16,239 nt of DNA from a virus. The position numbers and the translations under genes are program-made. The stretch is taken from UHGV virus genome UHGV-1947574, one strand, 5' to 3'. Positions 1 to 5,802 of this stretch are shown one piece after another (the stretch's first letter is position 1; the number at the start of each line of letters is the position of its first letter). The notes under the pieces were generated by a model. That model saw only the letters and a program-made list of their open reading frames with translations. It was not told where the DNA came from and did not search any database.

Positions 1-907
1 CCAGCCTGCTGGCGGTGTGGCGGTGGGCCACGGAACCGGTACACCAACAGGCAATGCAGAGCCTTCCCCCAAACCAAGGTAATTGAGGACATCTTTTATA
101 CTGCCCTTAGCGATAATAGCGCGACCAATAGCTGTAAGGGTTGCCAGCGCTGCGCGGTCTGCTCCGGTAAAATAAGGCAACCGATCTGCTGCAGTGGCAA
201 GTCCTGCCAGAGCAGTGAGCGTGGCATCTGCCGGTTGTTTTCCGTTTGCCAGATCGTATGCAGCCTTGACCGCTTTCGGTGTGGCGGCCAGTATTTCAGA
301 CGTGCTGTTGATGGCACTGCTCAGTTGTACGGTGCCTTTTGCCGTCAGCGAGGCAGCAGGCACTCCCGTTATCTGACTCCACGGGTGAGTGTGGCTGGCG
401 GGNNNNNNNNNNNNNNNNNNNNNNNNNNNNNNNNNNNNNNNNNNNNNNNNNNNNNNNNNNGGCGGCCTCAGTTTCTGATTGACTGTCCGTGGCGCTGCTC
501 AGTTGTACGGTGCCTTTTGCCGTCAGCGAGGCAGCAGGCACTCCCGTTATCTGACTCCACGGGTGAGTGTGGCTGACGGGCGCCTTGCCGGCTGCAAGGT
601 CGTATGCAGCCTTGACGGCTTTTGGTGTGGCGGCCAGCGTTTCAGAGGTGCTGTTGGTGGCACTGCTCAGTTGGGTGAACCCCTTAGCTGTCAGTGTCGC
701 GTCCGGGTGGTTACGGGAACGTACGTGTTCAGCCAGTGACTGTGCGGCTTCCTCCGTTTTTTTCTTCAGCCATTTCGTCCTGTTTGCCAGTTGCCGGGGG
801 GCTCGATTTGATATCCCGTCTGCACCACCCAGAACCGGATCTGATGTCTCCAGTTGATAGATATTTTCTTCCCACTTTTCTGTTTCATTCAGGTTTCCCA
901 TAATCAA
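1..907 (-). CDS. Tail fiber protein (P2 gpH / Mu S-like), 3'-partial, interrupted by assembly gap
   Basis: N-terminus '...LGGADGISNRAPRQLANRTKWLK' is typical of P2 H/Mu S-type fibers. Repeated 'TAKGxVQLSSAxxSTSExLAATPKAVKAAYDLA' units (phage tail-fiber repeat type). Start is TTG at 907 or ATG at 901 (GGGAG 9 nt upstream). The listed ORF 296..907 stops at 296 only because the gap of arbitrary length breaks the frame. After the gap, the frame with codon starts at coordinates divisible by 3 is open from 396 to position 1 with no stop and encodes '...SHTHPWSQITGVPAASLTAKGTVQLSSAINSTSEILAATPKAVKAAYDLANGKQPADATLTALAGLATAADRLPYFTGADRAALATLTAIGRAII...'. Confidence 0.8.
64..89. promoter_or_regulatory. 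Candidate serine-invertase (Hin/Gin/Cin/Pin-type) crossover-like site inside tail fiber coding sequence
   Basis: 26-mer TTCCCCCAAACCAAGGTAATTGAGGA; the central AAACCAAGGT matches the centre of hixL as I recall it (TTCTTGAAAACCAAGGTTTTTGATAA), about 17/26 overall, and about 16/26 to gixL. It lies where the tail-fiber constant part would meet a variable C-terminal part. Comparison sequences are from memory. Confidence 0.35.
256..740. repeat. Tandem coding repeats within tail fiber gene (at least 3 units)
   Basis: 81-nt exact identity between 317..397 and 495..575; a more diverged copy around 601..700 shares the 'gtatgcagccttgac...ggtgtggcggccag...gctgttg.tggcactgctcagttg' core with 257..330. 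Confidence 0.8.
403..460. other. Assembly gap (58 N) inside tail fiber gene
   Basis: Run of N flanked on both sides by the same 81-nt sequence (317..397 and 495..575), i.e. the gap sits between near-identical tandem repeat units. Confidence 0.95.
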
Positions 908-1482
908 CTGCTCCCGTGGTTATAACTGCCATCATGGATGGCTGTATTGTTATAGCGAATGGCCACAGACTGATACTCCAGGCTGGCCAGATGGCAGCGG
1001 GCCGGTGCAAATGCAGCCAGCGTCTGACGCAGCATCGCGGCCTGATCGTTAGTAATGGGCTGTTTCAGAATAACGCGATAAACTGCCCAGGCGGCTGCAT
1101 CTCCATGAACAAACAGTCCGTTATAGCTGCGATTGCCGTCGTAACTGAGACGACCTGTGCCTTCAATCAGATCCACTTCACCAAAGCCAAAACGGCGGAT
1201 AACTTCCCGGATTGACCACGGCGTCCCTTTATACCGGTGCAGTTCGATGGCTGCTTTTATAAGCATGCGGCGAACATCGTCCGATTCCGCCAGCTCCCAG
1301 CCATCGCCAGACAGTGAGAACTGCTCGCCCAGCCATGGCAGCGCGGAACTGTCGACGATATCGACGAGAAAGACCATCAGTACGCTCAGGTCGATGTTAT
1401 CCAGCCGTCCTGCCAGTCTTCCCAGCGTCCTGAGACTGATATCACCCTCAAGCGGTGGCGGGAGTTGTAATGGCTCAGTCAT
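904..1482 (-). CDS. Phage tail protein I-like (P2 gpI / Mu gp48-like)
   Basis: 192 aa; ATG at 1482..1480; 8-nt overlap with upstream gene; position immediately upstream of the tail fiber and after the J-like gene matches the P2 V-W-J-I-H order. Confidence 0.8.
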   Translation of the reverse strand: MTEPLQLPPPLEGDISLRTLGRLAGRLDNIDLSVLMVFLVDIVDSSALPWLGEQFSLSGDGWELAESDDVRRMLIKAAIELHRYKGTPWSIREVIRRFGFGEVDLIEGTGRLSYDGNRSYNGLFVHGDAAAWAVYRVILKQPITNDQAAMLRQTLAAFAPARCHLASLEYQSVAIRYNNTAIHDGSYNHGSS

Positions 1483-2578
1483 CAGACACTCCAGTCATGT
1501 TAAGAGTGATTGCCGTACAGTTTGCCCATTCGTTTTCTGCCACCACCCGCAGTGCCGGTGTCACCAGTTCAACCGGGTACACCCCGGAAACGGACAATGC
1601 ACTGATAATCTGGCTGGGGACAATATCGCGCCCCAGCGTGGCGGCACGTGATGCCACCCAGTTCTGTATGGCGCTGTTAGCGGCATCTTTTACAGACCTG
1701 GCATCCTGATCACGATAGATCGTAATCCTGGCTTCAATGGTGTAATCCACCTTCACTGGTGTTTTAGCCCGCACTGTATCAGTGAGTGGCCTGACTTTCT
1801 CATCAGAGCAGAAACTCTCTACCAGCGTGAGAACACCGCCGTCCGGCAGACCGGTACTGAGCAGCGGATACAGATCTACGGTCCCGGGAACCGGGGAAAG
1901 CACAGCAACATCGACAATGTTGGGATGGGCCTGCATGGCATGAAAGCGGTATGCGCCACGGCTTCCGGCATTGGTGAATGACTCCGGGGCCAGCCTGATA
2001 CGCTCCCGGAGCCTGTCATCGTCTTCCTGTTCTGAACCGCCGGAACTGGCCGTCAGATTGCTCACCAGCAGGTCGACGTTATCAATCTCATCGAGTAACT
2101 GACTGACCTGCGCAGGTTGCCAGCCGTTACCAGCGGTACCGGGTTCGGTACAGGTGGACGTGACATTGACCAGCAGCAATCCGGCCTTCAGTACCACATC
2201 TGTATCGGTGGCAAAAATAACGCTGTCGGAAGCGCTGACGCGGGTGCCTGCCGGGATCAGCACATCAATGGCCAGTGCCTCATCTACGGAGAACTGGAGC
2301 GTGGTGGTGGCAGGCTGCGCGGCAAGACGGTATACACCAACCAGTTCACCGAGGTAATCAATCATCGGCTCACGGGCAAAGGCGACCAGATTCTGCTTTG
2401 CTGCCTCCTGTACCGCAACCCTGACCAGCATTTCGCGATAGGCCCACAGATCAATCAGCAGACGTTCTGCCTGTGCCGGGTACAGCGTTTTGCCGGTATC
2501 CGCTTCATACTTCGCAATCATTTCTGCCGTGATTTTGTCGGCATCGCGTTCAATAAAATCGGGTTCTGTCAGCGCCAT
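1475..2578 (-). CDS. Baseplate J-like protein (P2 gpJ / Mu gp47-like)
   Basis: 367 aa; ATG at 2578..2576; overlaps the W-like gene by 10 nt; size and position typical of the Baseplate_J family. Confidence 0.85.
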   Translation of the reverse strand: MALTEPDFIERDADKITAEMIAKYEADTGKTLYPAQAERLLIDLWAYREMLVRVAVQEAAKQNLVAFAREPMIDYLGELVGVYRLAAQPATTTLQFSVDEALAIDVLIPAGTRVSASDSVIFATDTDVVLKAGLLLVNVTSTCTEPGTAGNGWQPAQVSQLLDEIDNVDLLVSNLTASSGGSEQEDDDRLRERIRLAPESFTNAGSRGAYRFHAMQAHPNIVDVAVLSPVPGTVDLYPLLSTGLPDGGVLTLVESFCSDEKVRPLTDTVRAKTPVKVDYTIEARITIYRDQDARSVKDAANSAIQNWVASRAATLGRDIVPSQIISALSVSGVYPVELVTPALRVVAENEWANCTAITLNMTGVSDD

Positions 2579-2916
2579 AGCAGCTCCTGAGTCCGGGTCT
2601 GTCCGTCTGAGCCTTTCCAGCTCACCCGGAGCGTAAGATGTTCGCCGTCGACGGCGGGTTTAACTGACATAAGCTGGCAGCGGGGCTCCCAGCGCCGGAT
2701 GGCATCGACGGATTCGCGCACCACATGCGGAATGGCCCGGTCTACAGGCCAGTCGATATAAAGATGCAGATTGCTGCCGAACTCCGGGCGATGCGGGTCG
2801 CTGCCGCGGGGAGTCCGCAGGATAATTTGAATCGCCTGCCGGATATCATCCAGCCCCCGGACAATTTCGCCGGGAGCCTGCAGGGCTGGTTGCCAGAATA
2901 CTGAGGTTGTTTTCAT
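2569..2916 (-). CDS. Baseplate wedge protein, gpW/gp25 lysozyme-like family
   Basis: 115 aa; ATG at 2916..2914; size and position between V-like and J-like genes characteristic of GPW/gp25. Confidence 0.8.
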   Translation of the reverse strand: MKTTSVFWQPALQAPGEIVRGLDDIRQAIQIILRTPRGSDPHRPEFGSNLHLYIDWPVDRAIPHVVRESVDAIRRWEPRCQLMSVKPAVDGEHLTLRVSWKGSDGQTRTQELLWR

Positions 2917-2970
2917 GGGGGCAGTATTGCCCCCGTGCGGGAACGCTGATATTAAAGGCGTTTAAAAAGC

Positions 2971-3567
2971 TCAGTGGGAGTGGTGGCTGGAGTTTTCGCC
3001 ATCAGACAACATACTGCCCGTGGCATGGGCATTCCCTTTAATCTCGATATTGCCATGGATGGTCGCGGTAACACCTTCACCACCAGAACCCGCCATGCCT
3101 CCTTCGTAAATCAGTTTACCCCTGACACGCAGATCTCCGGTAAGTTCGGTTTCCGGTGCGTCAATCGTGGCTTTCTGTGTTTTCAATACCACATCAGCAC
3201 CACACTCAATGACAATATGCTCAATGCCGCCCCGGATGATCAGAGTGTGCGTCTTCCGGTTGTAGCTGTACTCTGCACCATCAGCAAACCGGGTTCCCCG
3301 GATATTTTTGTCACTGAACGGTGGTTTATCGACGTCTGAATACACCGCGCCCAGAATAACACCATCCTCGCCGTTGGCATCGAGCAGCACCTCAACCTGC
3401 TCCCCCACGTCAGGGAGCCAGTAATCTTTGTTATCCTGGATATTGCGCTGCAGCACGTTAAGCCAGTTTGTGCGCAGGTTATCGCATTCAGGCAGACGAA
3501 CGCGGGCCTGAACCCTGTCGGCATCAACGGCACTGACCGTACCGACCTGACGAGTGACACCAGTCAT
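2971..3567 (-). CDS. Baseplate assembly protein V-like central spike (P2 gpV / Mu gp45-like)
   Basis: 198 aa; ATG at 3567..3565 overlapping the D-like stop (ATGA); C-terminus ends GENSSHHSH; position after the D-like hub. Confidence 0.8.
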   Translation of the reverse strand: MTGVTRQVGTVSAVDADRVQARVRLPECDNLRTNWLNVLQRNIQDNKDYWLPDVGEQVEVLLDANGEDGVILGAVYSDVDKPPFSDKNIRGTRFADGAEYSYNRKTHTLIIRGGIEHIVIECGADVVLKTQKATIDAPETELTGDLRVRGKLIYEGGMAGSGGEGVTATIHGNIEIKGNAHATGSMLSDGENSSHHSH

Positions 3568-4718
3568 TTTTTCTTCTCCTTAATCACCGTCGATGTACTG
3601 CCATCCGGGTGATAAACCGTGAGTTTCTGAGTTTTTTGTTTTTTCCCTCTTGTGACTGGCCCCCGTGCCACTTCCAGCTCTGTGGTGTAGCCGCTGTTAC
3701 GGTCAAACGCATGGCGGGCAGTGGTTATGAGCCATGGCCCGGATAACTGCCCAAAACCCACCAGTTCAATTTTGTTGCCTGCTGTCAGTTGAGGTGTTCC
3801 CGTCAGCGTCAGGGAGCCGTTCTGCTGGTATTCGTTATGTCTGGCCAGTGCTGAATCCGCTTTAATCCGGGCACTGTCCGGGTCGCTGACGCGGCTGTTA
3901 ACTTTAAGTGAGTCAGCGCTGGTAACCTTACCACCTTTGAGCTTTTTGTCGCTTTCACGGGTACCACCATCAGCTTCGTAGACGATCAGTTTTTTACTGC
4001 TGCTTTTCTGGTGTTTTACCTTTGCAGATTTATAGACCCGGTTGATGGTGTCACGCAGGGAAAAGCGGGCCACATCCTGCGGTTTTAACTGCCTGACCGG
4101 CTCCTGACTGCGCAGTGTGGCCAGATGAGAAAAAATCAGCTGGTCACTGACCACTTTCACTGCATAACCATACTCGCTGGCCAGCCGGCGCAGAAAACCC
4201 ACGTCGGTTTCAGCATACTGGGTCACCCGGTCGATTCTGATGGACTCAATGCTGCCCACCAGTTTCAGCCGGTGCTTTCTGGCAATCCGCCCCGCAACAG
4301 CTGCCAGCGTGGTGTTCTCAAAACCACGGCTGGATTTAGTCCGCAGAGCACTGTTAACCGAGGTGGCCACCCCACGGATAGCGACAACGGACGCGGGCGA
4401 ACTCACTTCGATCTCGTCTATTGAGAATGTACCGCAGGACAGCAGTTTCTCGCCCTGATAACCCATTTTCAGCGTCAGCGTGTCACCCTTGCCCGGATAC
4501 CACTTATCCAGCCAGCGGCCATCGGTGTCGTCCAGCTCCACCTCAATGGTATCGGACTCATTTTTGATGTTATCGCTCCAGACCACACGGGTGACATAAG
4601 GCGCGATATCAGAGGTGATGTTTTTCTGCAGATACCACAGAGTGAATACCGGCGTCAGCACATCGCTGACGCCGGTTAACGCTGATGTGGCTTGCGCAGT
4701 ACTGTTTATCTCAGCCAT
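3564..4718 (-). CDS. Late control gene D-like tail/baseplate hub protein (P2 gpD / Mu gp44-like)
   Basis: 384 aa; ATG at 4718..4716; size and position (after U/X, before V) fit the GPD family. Confidence 0.85.
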   Translation of the reverse strand: MAEINSTAQATSALTGVSDVLTPVFTLWYLQKNITSDIAPYVTRVVWSDNIKNESDTIEVELDDTDGRWLDKWYPGKGDTLTLKMGYQGEKLLSCGTFSIDEIEVSSPASVVAIRGVATSVNSALRTKSSRGFENTTLAAVAGRIARKHRLKLVGSIESIRIDRVTQYAETDVGFLRRLASEYGYAVKVVSDQLIFSHLATLRSQEPVRQLKPQDVARFSLRDTINRVYKSAKVKHQKSSSKKLIVYEADGGTRESDKKLKGGKVTSADSLKVNSRVSDPDSARIKADSALARHNEYQQNGSLTLTGTPQLTAGNKIELVGFGQLSGPWLITTARHAFDRNSGYTTELEVARGPVTRGKKQKTQKLTVYHPDGSTSTVIKEKKK

Positions 4719-4918
4719 GGGGCAATATCCTCTTCTGTACGGGCATCTTCAGCCTCAATAACCGGGATCAGTAACAACAACCCGGAGGGCAGCACCGGCG
4801 TGATGGCCACGTGCGGATTGGCTGCAATAATCCGGGGATAGCCCAGCGGGTCACCGTAGTACTGCCATGCCAGCGAATCCCAGCGCTCTCCGTCACGGGT
4901 AATATGTTCAAGAAACAT
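4706..4918 (-). CDS. Tail protein X-like (P2 gpX, LysM-like)
   Basis: About 70 aa; 'GERWDSLAWQYYGDPLGYPRIIAANPHV...LPSG' parallels the P2 gpX 'GDTLDAICVRYYG...VLAANPGLA...LPHG' pattern as I recall it. ATG at 4918..4916 overlaps the upstream TGA; the track's start at 4921 is a GTG one codon earlier. Confidence 0.75.
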   Translation of the reverse strand: MFLEHITRDGERWDSLAWQYYGDPLGYPRIIAANPHVAITPVLPSGLLLLIPVIEAEDARTEEDIAPWLR

Positions 4919-5802
4919 CACACACTCCTCGTCAGTATTCTGGTGGCCATTGCACTTAATCCCGGAGACATGCGGTTGAATGCTGTGCCGGCGGCGTTAA
5001 GCTGCCCGGAAACGGTATCCAGAGCACCTGCAATATTTCTTTTGTCCACACCACTCAGCGCAGACTGTGCCTGCTGTACATACGTGGCTGCTTCGCTGGC
5101 TGTTCTGGCCAGACTGATGGCATCGGGCATGGATTCAGAGAGTGCGTTAAACGCCGGAACACTTTTCCCCAGAGCCCCGGAGATATTACCCAGTCCGCTC
5201 ATCAGCCCCGGCACACGGGTCAGTGCGACAACGGGGTTATCCTTCATTTTCTGTGTCACCCGAACGGCGCTGATAGTGGTCTGGAGTACAGACTGCGCCT
5301 GTTTCGCATAGTTGACGCCGTTGCGGATGAACTGCGCCACCCCTGAAGGCGAAGGAATGGCACCGGAGACCGCCCCGACACCCGGGAGCTTCGTGCGTAT
5401 TGCCGGTGGTTGCAGAGGATTTTTCGGGTCACCGGTGTATTCCCGGAGAGACACGGTGGCACTGACAGCCAGCACGTTGCCGGTACTGTCAGTCTGCTCG
5501 CTGGTTGCAGTCACATCGGTAATCACGAACCAGCCGCGATAGTCACCGTTGCCGAAGACCAGCGCCAGTGCCTGATGGGCTTTCATGGCTGTTCGCAGTC
5601 TCGCCAGCTCCACATCGGGTACACAATAATGCTGATGGAAAACCAGAGTTATCTGGATTTCGTCCAGCCTGTCGCCGACGAACTGCAGGCCAGGCTTACC
5701 CCCGATGCGGGCATGCTCCGCATAATCGACGCCGAACGTGGCCTCGAAGCCGTCCCAGTAGGTAATCAGCTCAAACTCAATATCACCCAGTACGGCAAAC
5801 AT
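4918..5802 (-). CDS. P2 gpU-like tail protein with about 150-aa Ala/Ser/Gly-rich C-terminal extension
   Basis: 294 aa; the N-terminal 140 aa ('LGDIEFEL...DYAEHARIGGKPGLQFVGDRLDEIQITLVF...DGNGDYRGWFVITDV...') align by eye with P2 gpU as I recall it; ATG at 5802..5800 overlaps the tape measure stop (TGATG). Confidence 0.7.
   Translation of the reverse strand: MFAVLGDIEFELITYWDGFEATFGVDYAEHARIGGKPGLQFVGDRLDEIQITLVFHQHYCVPDVELARLRTAMKAHQALALVFGNGDYRGWFVITDVTATSEQTDSTGNVLAVSATVSLREYTGDPKNPLQPPAIRTKLPGVGAVSGAIPSPSGVAQFIRNGVNYAKQAQSVLQTTISAVRVTQKMKDNPVVALTRVPGLMSGLGNISGALGKSVPAFNALSESMPDAISLARTASEAATYVQQAQSALSGVDKRNIAGALDTVSGQLNAAGTAFNRMSPGLSAMATRILTRSV

Noticed and set aside
96-317. 73-aa minus-strand ORF at the window start
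   Set aside because: Different frame from the continuous tail-fiber reading frame (open from 396 to 1) that encodes recognisable fiber repeats; likely a frame shadow.
296-402. Apparent tail fiber stop at 296 with C-terminal '...RQPHSPVESDNGSACCLADGKRHRTTEQCHQQHV'
   Set aside because: The frame after the 58-N gap is arbitrary; this tail is an out-of-frame translation, and the real frame continues through position 1.
256-740. Diversity-generating retroelement (variable/template repeat pair) at the tail fiber
   Set aside because: Both repeat copies are in-frame coding units of the fiber repeat domain, no reverse transcriptase gene is present, and the differences are not adenine-biased.
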